Below, one piece after another: positions 1 through 8,875 of a stretch of DNA of 64,000 nt. Numbering within the stretch: the stretch's first letter is position 1; each line of letters starts with the position of its first letter. Below the pieces are notes generated by a model, which searched no databases, was not told the origin of the DNA, and worked only from the letters and a program-made list of their open reading frames with translations. The translations under genes were made by a program, and so were the position numbers. The stretch comes from Bryobacterales bacterium (GTDB lineage Bacteria; Acidobacteriota; Terriglobia; Bryobacterales; UBA6623): assembly GCA_963662745.2 (NCBI GenBank), contig CAXXUI010000002.1, positions 1,176,024-1,240,023 on the forward strand, in the 5' to 3' direction.

Positions 1-1
1 A

Positions 2-778
2 GACCTGCAGCCCTTCGGTGGCGGAGATGCGAGGCGGTGCTGCTTGCTGGCCGAGCACACGGCGTTCCTGACGGACGATGAGAGGCACGGGAGATCGCCG
101 AGACTGTCAGCACAACTCCGAGCTTCCGGTCTCGGTCGGCCCGGCCCCCACGAAGAGTGGCTGAGTGCATGCGGCCGCATCCGGCTGGTACCGGCTCGGC
201 TGCCTCCGCCTCAGGCCCCATCGGACTATGCGCCGGGGGAATTTCGTCGCGGAGCGAGCGTCTTCCCGACAGTCCTTCTGCAGGCGGCGACGGTCGAGGC
301 GCAAGGAAGCGCTCGCGTTCGCGTCGAGACGCAGCCGTCTTCTCGGCTGCAGTGGCGCAGCCTGCCGCCCCAGCGAGTCGAAGTCCCCAGTCGCTGGCTC
401 GCGTCGCTGCACCTATCCAGCGAGCTGTTTGCCTTCGCGGTCGCTCGGCGCCCGGCGAGAGCTATTATTCCGGTCGATTCTAGAGGGGCCTTCACCCTCG
501 ACTCCGCCATGGACGAGCCGGCCTGGGAGGCCTTGGACGACCTCTGGCGGACGTACCGCTCGCGCGGGAGGAGCACCCCGGCCACGCTCGCCACCAGGCT
601 GGACTACGGACACGGGCTGTCCATGCAGCCTCGGTCAGGTGCGCCAGGCCGGTCGATGGTATTGCATCCCAAGGCCGGCGACATCATGCGGTCCGCACGA
701 GTGCGGCCTGGACGGGCCATCATCAACGATTCGCTGTACTGGCACCTCGCTGCGGGCGAGCAGGAAGCCGGGTACTGA
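2..778 (+). pseudogene. 5' portion of a gene split by the IS630 insertion. It is 5'-partial, with the frame open from the window edge. The reconstructed product carries a TaqI-like/HsdS-like target-recognition domain signature, so it is probably the C-terminal part of an RM- or BREX-type methyltransferase/specificity protein.
   Basis: Frame 2 is open from nt 2 with high GC3. The TGA at 776-778 lies inside the IS left end. After removing the IS plus one TA copy, the frame joins 1947..2280. The junction peptide AIINDSLYWHLAAGEQEAGY|LVALLNASSLQRAF...RNFDQSPWRRVPIPRFD resembles the LLxxLNSxxxxF...lPiP pattern of TRD domains. Confidence 0.45.
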
Positions 779-795
779 GGGGAGCAAAAGTAATT
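775..795. repeat. IS630 terminal inverted repeat (one end)
   Basis: ctgaggggagcaaaagtaatt is the reverse complement of 1924-1944 with one mismatch. Confidence 0.9.
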
Positions 796-808
796 GCCGT
801 CTGAGGTG

Positions 809-1849
809 TCACGCCAAGATGTACTTGCAGTCCTCCTGTTCAAAGAAGTTCTGAACAACTTGAGGGGCCTTCCTGAGCTGGGCGATCGCATCTGCCAGGA
901 GGTCCTTCAATTCCGACTGGGTCTTGAACACCTGTTGGCCAACCCGGCGCTTCACCCACGCCCACAACAGCTCCACCGGATTCAGTTGCGGAGAGTAGAC
1001 CGGCAGGAAGAACAACTCGACCTGCTCGTTACCCGCTGATGCTGCTAAGAACTCCTTCACCACGCGCGCCGTATGGATGCTGCAGTTGTCGACTACTACG
1101 TAGATCGGCTTCTGTTGCTCGGCTTGGATTGTCTGCAAGAACTCAATGAAACTCACCGCCTTGGCATTCTTCGACTGAATACGGAAGTGAATCTGACCGT
1201 CTGGCGTGATGGCCGCGAACATGTTCCAGCGAAACCTCTTGCCCGAGTCGACCACGACAGGGGTCTTGCCACGCATGCCCCAGGTCCGTCCGACATGGTA
1301 GTCCGCTCGCATCCCGGCTTCGTCCGCGAACACGATCACAGCGCCGTTCCGGCGTGCTTTCGCCTTCAATTCAGGGTATGTCTTGTCAATCCAAGCCTTC
1401 ACATCGCCGATGCTGCGGAGATACGAGCGGAACTTGGGCTTCTGGGGTGTCAGGCCCAGGCGCTTGAGAGTGCGACGCACAGTCCAGACACTGACTTTGA
1501 CACCGAACTTGTCGAGGACGGCCTGTCGCACGCGGCCCGCCGTCCAATAGGCGAACGAGAACTTCATCTGCTGGGGGGTCTTATCACGGACAGTGACGAG
1601 CACCCACTGCACGATTTCGTCGCTCAGGATTCGCGGACGGCCAGAACGTGGCTTATCTTCCAAGGCACCAAAGCCATCTGCACCGACCTTGACAAGCCAA
1701 GTATTGATGGTCGCTTGAGTGACAGAGAAGAGCGAGGCCAGCAGGGGAATCTGGAGTCCACCCTGAACCAGCGTAACGACTCTCTTTCTGATGGCGACCT
1801 TTTCTAAGAGTGGGACCTTTCTGAAGTCCTGCTTAAAGCTTAGCTTCAT
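809..1849 (-). CDS. IS630 family transposase (HTH + DDE/D domain)
   Basis: 346-aa ORF. The N-terminus has an HTH plus ...DKPRSGRPRIL. The catalytic-type residues lie in VFADEAG, VVVDNCSIH and SPQLNPVELLW. Confidence 0.9.
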   Translation of the reverse strand: MKLSFKQDFRKVPLLEKVAIRKRVVTLVQGGLQIPLLASLFSVTQATINTWLVKVGADGFGALEDKPRSGRPRILSDEIVQWVLVTVRDKTPQQMKFSFAYWTAGRVRQAVLDKFGVKVSVWTVRRTLKRLGLTPQKPKFRSYLRSIGDVKAWIDKTYPELKAKARRNGAVIVFADEAGMRADYHVGRTWGMRGKTPVVVDSGKRFRWNMFAAITPDGQIHFRIQSKNAKAVSFIEFLQTIQAEQQKPIYVVVDNCSIHTARVVKEFLAASAGNEQVELFFLPVYSPQLNPVELLWAWVKRRVGQQVFKTQSELKDLLADAIAQLRKAPQVVQNFFEQEDCKYILA

Positions 1850-1923
1850 AATCCGATAATACCATGCTCAGCACGCGGTTCGCAAGCGTATTTGACGTGG
1901 AATAGAGTGCCAGAACACAAGGA

Positions 1924-1944
1924 AATGACTTTTGCTCCCCTCAG
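1924..1944. repeat. IS630 terminal inverted repeat (other end)
   Basis: aatgacttttgctcccctcag is the reverse complement of 775-795 with one mismatch. Confidence 0.9.
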
Positions 1945-1946
1945 TA

Positions 1947-2280
1947 CCTGGTGGCGCTCCTGAACGCCTCGTCCCTCCAAAGGGCCTTCCGCAAGGCGCG
2001 CTCCAGCGGGCGCAACTTCGACCAAAGCCCGTGGCGGAGGGTCCCGATTCCGCGATTCGACCCAGCGGACCACCGTCACGCGGGGCTCGCCCGCCTGTGT
2101 TCCGAAGCGGAAACGGAAGCGGAGGCCGTTCGGGATCTCCTGCCCGGCAAGGGCCAGGTCAAAGTCTCGGGCGAGATTCGCGCTCGCCTGGTCGAGTGCG
2201 GCATCGCCGCCCGGCTCGACGCGCTCGCCCGGCAGTTGCTTCCCGACCAAGCTGTTCCCCCGGGGGCCGCTCGACGCTAG
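1947..2280 (+). pseudogene. 3' portion of the IS630-interrupted specificity-domain gene
   Basis: In frame with 2..774 once the IS and one TA are removed. GC3 is high and the ORF ends at TAG 2278-2280. Matches ORF-track ORF 1951..2280. Confidence 0.45.
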
Positions 2281-2335
2281 GTTGGGCCTGGCCGCGGCCC
2301 GGATCCGGCCGGCTGGCTAGGCCTCGCTGGGACGC

Positions 2336-4204
2336 GTGTGGTTGGATAGGTGGGACATGCTTGAAGAACTGCATCGTGGCCTTCGTGGTTCGGAGGCGCC
2401 GTCGCGGGTGCGCGGCGGCGCGATCGCCCCGCTGGCGTTGTGCGTTGCGGCGCTTTGGGCCTCGCCGATCCCGGCACTGGCTCAAGCCGCATGCTCAACA
2501 CCTGTCGAGACCGCCTTCGATGGGGTGATCGGCCGCACGGCGGAGGGGTCCGAGCCGTCCCTCCTGCAGGCGGCGAAGCCGCGTCCGGGCAGCCCCAACA
2601 TCGTCTATGTCGTGCTGGACGACACCGGCTTCGGCGACCTTGGCTGCTACGGCGCCGCCGTCTCGACACCCTCCATCGACGCGCTGGCCGAACACGGCCT
2701 GCAGTTCAACAACTTCCATTCCAAGGCCGTGTGCTCGCCGACCCGGGCGTCCTTGCTGACCGGGCGCAACGCCCACCTCGTCGGCATGAAGGAGCTCCCC
2801 GGCCGGGACCAGGGGTACCCGCACACGCGGGGCCGGGTTCCGGCGGCCGCTGCCACTGTCGCTCAGATCCTGCAGCGCAGCGGCTACAGCACGTTCGCCG
2901 TCGGCAAGTGGCACCTAGTTCCTAGGGAGGACATGCATCCGGCCGGCGACCGCTCGCACTGGCCGCTGCAGAAGGGCTTCGACCGCTTCTACGGGTTTCT
3001 CTCGGGGTGGACCGACCAATACAGGCCGGACTTGGTGGTGGACAACCACGCCGTCCCGCCGCCCGACGCTCCCGCCTACCACTTCTCCGAGGACATCGTC
3101 AACCAAGCGATCGGGATGCTGGACGCGAAGCTGGAGGCCAGCCCTGAGAAGCCGTTCTTCCTCTACGTGGCATTCGGCGCCACGCACGCCCCGATCCAGG
3201 TTCCCCAGCGCTACATCCGCAAGTACGACGGTGCCTTCGATGCCGGATGGGACGAGGTTCGGGAGCGACGCTACCGCCGGCAGCTGGCCTTGGGCGTCAT
3301 TCCGGAAGGCGCCGAGCTGCCGCCCCGGAACCCCGGCGACCCCGCTTGGAGCGAGTTGGGCGAGGACGAGCGGCAGGTCCACGCGCGGTTCATGGAGGCC
3401 TACGCGGGCTTCACCGAGCACACCGACGAGCAGATCGGCCGCTTGGTGGCTTTCCTGAAGGAGCGGGATCAATTTGACAACACCTTGCTGGTGCTGATCT
3501 CCGACAACGGCGGCGCTCCGGAGGCCGGTCTCAAGGGAGGGTTCGTCCGGCCCTACGGGGACCGCACCACGATTGCCGCAATGCGCCTCAGGATCGACGA
3601 GCTGGGAGGCCCGGCCACGCAGCCGCTGTACGCCCGGCCGTGGGCGATGGCATCGAGTGCGCCATTCAAGTACTACAAGCTGTGGCCGTTCAACGGCGGC
3701 GTCCGTACGCCGATGATCGTCTCGTGGCCCGCGGGGATCGACAACACCGGGCTCCGCGAGCAGTTCGTCGACGTGATCGATATCACGCCGACCGTGCTGG
3801 ACTATCTGGGCGTAGAGGCACCGCCATCCTTCAACGGCATTTGCCAACTGCCGATCCAAGGGCGAAGCCTGCGGGCGGTCTTCGCCGACCCGGCAGCCTC
3901 CGCGCCGCGGCACACGCAGTTCTTCGAGCTGTGGGGCAGTCGCGGAATCTACCATCGTGGCTGGAAGGCGGTGGCGTTCCACACTCCGGGCACCAGCTTC
4001 GAGTCGGATCACTGGGAGCTGTACCACGTTGAGCAGGACTTCACCGAGACCAAGGACTTGGCCGCCCGGCACCCGGAACGGCTGCGGGAGCTGCAGGAGC
4101 TCTGGTGGTCCGAGGCGGAACTGAACGGGGCGCTGCCCCAGCTGGAGGCCAGCACGTTTCGCGGTCGCACCTATGATCAGCATCTGGCGACCAAGTCCCG
4201 GTGA
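2336..4204 (+). CDS. Arylsulfatase (Cys-type, formylglycine-dependent sulfatase family)
   Basis: Has the CSPTRASLLTGR (C-x-P-x-R) signature and the DDTGFGDLGCYG metal-site region. A signal-like segment PLALCVAALWASPIPALAQA is present. The start is uncertain (GTG 2336 or ATG 2357). Confidence 0.9.
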   Translation: MWLDRWDMLEELHRGLRGSEAPSRVRGGAIAPLALCVAALWASPIPALAQAACSTPVETAFDGVIGRTAEGSEPSLLQAAKPRPGSPNIVYVVLDDTGFGDLGCYGAAVSTPSIDALAEHGLQFNNFHSKAVCSPTRASLLTGRNAHLVGMKELPGRDQGYPHTRGRVPAAAATVAQILQRSGYSTFAVGKWHLVPREDMHPAGDRSHWPLQKGFDRFYGFLSGWTDQYRPDLVVDNHAVPPPDAPAYHFSEDIVNQAIGMLDAKLEASPEKPFFLYVAFGATHAPIQVPQRYIRKYDGAFDAGWDEVRERRYRRQLALGVIPEGAELPPRNPGDPAWSELGEDERQVHARFMEAYAGFTEHTDEQIGRLVAFLKERDQFDNTLLVLISDNGGAPEAGLKGGFVRPYGDRTTIAAMRLRIDELGGPATQPLYARPWAMASSAPFKYYKLWPFNGGVRTPMIVSWPAGIDNTGLREQFVDVIDITPTVLDYLGVEAPPSFNGICQLPIQGRSLRAVFADPAASAPRHTQFFELWGSRGIYHRGWKAVAFHTPGTSFESDHWELYHVEQDFTETKDLAARHPERLRELQELWWSEAELNGALPQLEASTFRGRTYDQHLATKSR

Positions 4205-4244
4205 CTGGCGGTTGGTCTTGGCAGGTTTTTCTGGGGGGACGAAT

Positions 4245-6581
4245 ATGAAGCATGCAGGTTGGCTGCGCTCGGTTGCGGCCTGCTTCTGGCTGCCGCTCGC
4301 CTTGAGCGCCTTGGCGGGATGCGGCCCGCATTGGAGCGAGACGGAGTCCGGCTCGTTCCGCACGGTCGTCAATCGTGGCGGGCGGACCTTGGGCTACTCG
4401 TCAGAGTCCGGCCTGCAGCTCGTGGTTGAGGACGGGTTCGCCTTCAAGGACCTGAGCCGCAACGGAGAGCTGGATCCTTACGAGGATTGGCGGCTGCCGT
4501 TCGAGGAGCGCGCTAGGGACTTGGCATCGAGGCTGACCTTGGAACAGATAGCCGGCTTGATGCTCTACAGCTCGCACCAGTCCATACCCGCGTCCGAGAG
4601 GGGCTTCACCAGCTCGACCTACGGCGGCGAGCCGTTCTCCGAGAGCGGCGCCAACGCTTGGGATCTGTCGGACGGCCAGCGGGCCTTCCTTGTCGAGGAC
4701 GCGGTGAGACATGTACTGGTCACGTCGGTCCAGAGCCCCGAAGTCGCCGCGCGCTGGAGCAACAACGTCCAAGCCTTGGTGGAGGGCCTCGAGTTAGGGA
4801 TTCCTGCCAACAACAGCTCTGACCCCCGCCATCGCACCCGCTCAGACGCCGAATTCAACGCCGGTTCCGGCGGGTCCATCTCGATGTGGCCCGATGCGAT
4901 CGGCCTCGCCGCGACGTTCGATCCGGATCTCGTCCGGGAATTCGGTCGGATCGCGTCCGCGGAGTATCGCGCGCTGGGCATCGCCACCGCTCTCTCCCCC
5001 CAAGTGGACTTGGCTACAGATCCGCGCTGGTTCCGGTTCAACGGCACGTTCGGAGAGGATCCCGAGCTCTCGGCGGCCATGGCGCGCGCCTACGTTGACG
5101 GCTTCCAGTCCTCTTCGGGGGAGGATGCGCTTGAGGGCGGCTGGGGCTACCGCAGCGTGAACGCCATGGCGAAGCACTGGCCCGGCGGAGGGGCCGGCGA
5201 GGGGGGCCGCGACGCCCATTTCGCATTCGGGAAGTACGCCGTCTATCCGGGCGGCGACTTCGACTTGCACTTGCGTCCCTTTCTTGAGGGCGCGTTCGAC
5301 TTGGACGGCGGCACCGGCGTTGCCTCGGCGGTCATGCCGTACTACACCATCTCCCACGGCCAAGACCGCGTGCGCGGCGAAAGCGTCGGCAACGCCTTCA
5401 GCCGGTACGTGATCTCGGACCTGCTGCGCGGCGAGCACGGCTACGAGGGCGTGATCTGCACCGACTGGGGCGTTACCCGTGACTACGCTGGCGTTGACCG
5501 CTTCGGTGCTTCCCCGTGGGGAGTGGAAGGCCTCACCGAGGCCGAAAGGCACTACAAGGCCCTTATGGCCGGCGTCGACCAGTTCGGCGGGAACAACGAC
5601 TCCGGCCCGGTCATGGAAGCCTACCGCATGGGCGTCGAGGAGCACGGCGAGGAATTCATGCGGGAGAGGTTCGAAGCGTCTGCCACGCGCCTGCTGAGGA
5701 ACGTCTTCCGCGCCGGCCTCTTCGAGAACCCCTACCTTGATCCGGGCCGGACTGCCGAACTGGTCGGGAGCCCTGAGTTCATGGCCGCCGGCTACGAGGC
5801 GCAAGTCAGGTCGCAAGTGCTGCTGAAGAACAGCGGCGGCGCCTTGCCTCTGCAGGAGGGCGCGACGGTGTACATCCCCCGGCGCTACGTGCCCGCGGGG
5901 CGCACCTTCTTCGGCGGCGTCATCCCTGCGCGGACCGAGGACGCTCTCAGCCGAGCCGTCGCAGCCAAGCACTTCTCGCTGACCGAAGACCCTGACGCCG
6001 CGGACGCCGCCGTGGTCGTGATTGCCAGTCCCGAGTCGGGGCGCGGATACGACGCCGCCGACGCAGCGGCAGGCGGCAACGGCTATCTGCCGATATCGCT
6101 GCAGTACGGGCCTTACACGGCCAGCCACGGCAGGGAGGAGAGCATTGCGGGAGGGGACCCGCTGGAGGGGTTCTTGAACCGCTCGTACCGGGGTAAGACG
6201 GTCGTCACTTCGAACGTGACCGACTTGCAAGCGGTGCGGGACGTGCGGGCCAAGATGGCCGGCAAGCCGGTGATCGTGGTCCTGAAGATGGCCAACCCAG
6301 CTGTCGTGGCGGAGTTCGAGGCGGAGGTGGATGCCATCCTGGCCGTGTTCGGAGTGCAGGATCAGGCGATCCTCGAGGTGCTCGGGGGCCGGCGCGAGCC
6401 GTCGGGCCTGCTGCCGTTCCAGATGCCGGCGGACATGCGGACGGTCGAGGAGCAATCCGAGGACTCGCCGCACGACATGCGCCCTCATGTGGACGCCTCC
6501 GGCAACGCCTACGACTTCGGCTTCGGACTCAACTGGGATGGCGTCATCGACGATCAGCGGACCCGTCGCTTCCGGCCCTGA
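4245..6581 (+). CDS. Glycoside hydrolase family 3 (beta-glucosidase/beta-xylosidase-like) lipoprotein
   Basis: ATG 4245 is preceded by GGGGGGA. Lipobox in MKHAGWLRSVAACFWLPLALSALAGC. GH3 N-domain motifs are SPQVDLATDPRWFRFNGTFGEDP and the CTDWG nucleophile region. Confidence 0.88.
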   Translation: MKHAGWLRSVAACFWLPLALSALAGCGPHWSETESGSFRTVVNRGGRTLGYSSESGLQLVVEDGFAFKDLSRNGELDPYEDWRLPFEERARDLASRLTLEQIAGLMLYSSHQSIPASERGFTSSTYGGEPFSESGANAWDLSDGQRAFLVEDAVRHVLVTSVQSPEVAARWSNNVQALVEGLELGIPANNSSDPRHRTRSDAEFNAGSGGSISMWPDAIGLAATFDPDLVREFGRIASAEYRALGIATALSPQVDLATDPRWFRFNGTFGEDPELSAAMARAYVDGFQSSSGEDALEGGWGYRSVNAMAKHWPGGGAGEGGRDAHFAFGKYAVYPGGDFDLHLRPFLEGAFDLDGGTGVASAVMPYYTISHGQDRVRGESVGNAFSRYVISDLLRGEHGYEGVICTDWGVTRDYAGVDRFGASPWGVEGLTEAERHYKALMAGVDQFGGNNDSGPVMEAYRMGVEEHGEEFMRERFEASATRLLRNVFRAGLFENPYLDPGRTAELVGSPEFMAAGYEAQVRSQVLLKNSGGALPLQEGATVYIPRRYVPAGRTFFGGVIPARTEDALSRAVAAKHFSLTEDPDAADAAVVVIASPESGRGYDAADAAAGGNGYLPISLQYGPYTASHGREESIAGGDPLEGFLNRSYRGKTVVTSNVTDLQAVRDVRAKMAGKPVIVVLKMANPAVVAEFEAEVDAILAVFGVQDQAILEVLGGRREPSGLLPFQMPADMRTVEEQSEDSPHDMRPHVDASGNAYDFGFGLNWDGVIDDQRTRRFRP

Positions 6582-6916
6582 GCCGGGCCCGCTCCAGTTG
6601 CGAAATAGGAGTTCCCCGTACGCCATCCCCCGGAGTGTGCCGTTCGGTGCCATGTCGCGTTTGAAGAGGGTTCAGGCGTTGCCGTTAACTGACCGGTGGC
6701 GGTTCGGTGGGGCCATTCGAGCCGGCCGCCGCGTGCGGGCAGAGCCGAGAGGCGTCCAAGCGCCAGCGACGATACAGCCCGCGGAGTCGTCTTGATGGCC
6801 GTTTGGATGTGACGCTCTCCGATGCAGCCCGCAATCCGTCGCAGCCTCCGTGGGACGCGGTGACCCGCCGCCATCGCGTCCGCCCACGAACTCGGTTTGG
6901 TGGCATCATCGTGGGG

Positions 6917-7738
6917 ATGTCCCTTGAGAGATCGCGAGTTCCGAGCCAGTTCGTGGTCGCCGTAGTGGCGGCTGTGGTGTCAGTGTCTCCCGGGGCCGCG
7001 CAAGATGGTCGCGCCGCACCGGTGTGGCCGGACGGCAAGCGGGCGGCTGTCAGCCTCACGTTCGACGATGCCCGGGACTCGCAGGTGGATGTGGGACTGG
7101 CCTTGCTGGAGCGCTTGGGGGTGAAAGCCACGTTCTATGTCGTCCCCGAGCGGGTGGAGGACGACTTGGCCGGCTGGAAGCGACTGGCGGCGGCGGGTCA
7201 CGAGATCGGCAGCCACTCCCTGCGCCATCCCTGCACAGGGAACTTCCCCTGGTCTCGGGACTCGGCCTTGGAGGATTACACGCTGGAGCGGATGAGCGCG
7301 GAGCTGGCAGAGTCGAAGCGGCGGATCGAAGCGCTCCTTGGGGTCGTGCCCGTCACCTTCGCGTACCCTTGCGGCCAGACCTTCGTCGGCCGCGGGCTCC
7401 AGACTCGGAGCTACGTCCCCGCAGTCGCCGAGCTGTTTCTCGCCGGTCGAGGCTGGTTGGATGAGACGGCGAACGCTCCTGGATTCCTGGATCTGGCGCA
7501 GCTCACTGGCCGATCGATGGACGCGGCTGATTTCGAGCAAGTCAAGGCCTTGGTGGACGCGGCGCGGGACGCTGGCCAGTGGCTGGTGCTGGCGGGCCAC
7601 GACATCGGCGAGTCCGGACCGCAGACCACGCGCGTTCGACTGCTGGAGCAGCTGGTTCCGTACCTGAGCGATCCGGCCAGCGAAATCTGGCTGGGTACTG
7701 TCGCCGCAGTTGCCCGCCATCTGAGCGGGGACCGGTAG
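6917..7738 (+). CDS. Polysaccharide deacetylase (NodB homology domain, CE4-like)
   Basis: Motifs TFDDARDS and HSLRHP, with an N-terminal signal-like VVAVVAAVVSVSPGAAQ. ATG 6917 was chosen because the upstream part of ORF 6707.. has poor coding character. Confidence 0.8.
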   Translation: MSLERSRVPSQFVVAVVAAVVSVSPGAAQDGRAAPVWPDGKRAAVSLTFDDARDSQVDVGLALLERLGVKATFYVVPERVEDDLAGWKRLAAAGHEIGSHSLRHPCTGNFPWSRDSALEDYTLERMSAELAESKRRIEALLGVVPVTFAYPCGQTFVGRGLQTRSYVPAVAELFLAGRGWLDETANAPGFLDLAQLTGRSMDAADFEQVKALVDAARDAGQWLVLAGHDIGESGPQTTRVRLLEQLVPYLSDPASEIWLGTVAAVARHLSGDR

Positions 7739-7889
7739 GTTCGTGCCTTGGCCGGACGGGTGCCTCGATGCGGTGGTATCTTCGGAGTGAAGGCGAAGAA
7801 GAGGCGGCCTGCGGGCCTTGCCACCCGGTGAGGCCGCTCGGCTCTTCCGCCAGCCCGGTGGGCCGGATGCGGCCGACACGGAGTTCAGG

Positions 7890-8777
7890 ATGGACCAGAC
7901 AGCGGGCGATGCCACCCGACGCGGCCGGCTGCAGCGGCCGGCCCCTCCGGAACTCGGCTGGGACTACGGCGTGTTGCCGACGCCGAGGACGTACGGGCAT
8001 GCCGCTGTTCGGCGGCTGGGCCGCAACGAGCAGGGCCGGGACTTGGTTGTCGGCGACATCCACGGCCAGCGGGAGACGTTCGAACGCCTTCTGGAGAAAG
8101 TCGGGTATTCCCCTGAGAGCGGCGACCGGCTCCTGCTGCTGGGCGACCTGATCGACCGGGGGCCAGACTCCCCCGGGATGCTGGACTGGCTCCGCCGCGA
8201 CGGAGTCGAGTGCGTCCGCGGCAACCACGAGCAGCTGATGCTTGACGCGCTCGACGGCTCTGAGGACCGCAAGGAGCTGTGGTGGGACTGGCGCAATGGA
8301 GGGCAGTGGGCGGAACGGCAGGACCAAGGCTTGCTCGACGAGTGGCACACGGCCGCCAAGGCGCTGCCCTTCGCGCTGGAGGTCGATACCGTGCGGGGGC
8401 CGCTCGTGATCGTCCACGCGGAGATTCCTCAGCAGACGCCGTGGTGGGCGTTCAAGGCTTGGCTGGAGGAGGGGGACCGCCGCGCCCGCATCCTCGCGCT
8501 GTGGGCGAGAGAGCGATTCCGCAACGAGGCCGAGCACGATTCCGGCGTCCCCGACGTGTGGCGCGCCTTCCACGGGCACACGCCGCTGCGCAGTCCGCGA
8601 CGACTGGGCAACATCCGCTGGATCGATCTCGGAGCCGCCCATCCGAGCAGGCTCCCCGGTGCCGCGGTGGCGTGCGTCGCCATCGGCCCGGACGGTGCAG
8701 AAGCTGAGCCGCAGCTGGTGAGGGTGCTGGATGTCGATCCGCGGCAGGCGGTCCCTCCGAGGCGGCTGCCTTACTGA
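7890..8777 (+). CDS. Metallophosphoesterase / serine-threonine protein phosphatase (PPP, lambda-phosphatase/ApaH-like)
   Basis: Motifs GDIHGQ, GDLIDRGPDS and GNHE. The start is uncertain (ATG 7890 within ORF 7818..). Confidence 0.85.
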   Translation: MDQTAGDATRRGRLQRPAPPELGWDYGVLPTPRTYGHAAVRRLGRNEQGRDLVVGDIHGQRETFERLLEKVGYSPESGDRLLLLGDLIDRGPDSPGMLDWLRRDGVECVRGNHEQLMLDALDGSEDRKELWWDWRNGGQWAERQDQGLLDEWHTAAKALPFALEVDTVRGPLVIVHAEIPQQTPWWAFKAWLEEGDRRARILALWARERFRNEAEHDSGVPDVWRAFHGHTPLRSPRRLGNIRWIDLGAAHPSRLPGAAVACVAIGPDGAEAEPQLVRVLDVDPRQAVPPRRLPY

Positions 8778-8875
8778 CGTCCGCTGGGCATCGTAAGCGC
8801 GGACGCGGGCGGATTGCCCGATCTGCTGGGGCCCGGCGGGCCGAGCGGGTCCGTTGCAGTCGCCGCGCTGCTACG

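Larger units (their letters stand above)
775..1944 (-). mobile_element. IS630-family (Tc1/mariner superfamily) insertion sequence, apparently intact, 1170 bp
   Basis: Terminal inverted repeats CTGAGGGGAGCAAAAGT[A/C]ATT (20/21 identical) lie at both ends. TA is present at 773-774 and 1945-1946, the TA target duplication typical of IS630. There is a single transposase ORF, and the element is visibly lower in GC than its flanks. Confidence 0.9.

Noticed and set aside
2915-4372. Many long ORFs antisense to, or out of frame with, the called genes. Examples: 2915..4372(-), 4842..6653(-), 7542..8642(-), 8771..9655(-), 12474..13499(-), 13548..14780(-), 16372..17793(+), 22777..24198(-), 24316..25281(-), 25597..27054(-), 27027..28850(-), 29214..30566(+), 30524..31729(+), 32559..33785(+), 33797..34852(-), 38868..39770(-), 41412..42251(-), 44835..45956(-), 48624..49937(-), 51601..52545(-), 59165..60115(-), 61839..62891(-) and 62389..63936(-).
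   Set aside because: These are typical shadow ORFs of a high-GC genome. Their products are Arg/Pro/Gly/Ala-rich with no motifs, and they overlap ORFs that have clear family signatures and the correct GC3 phase.
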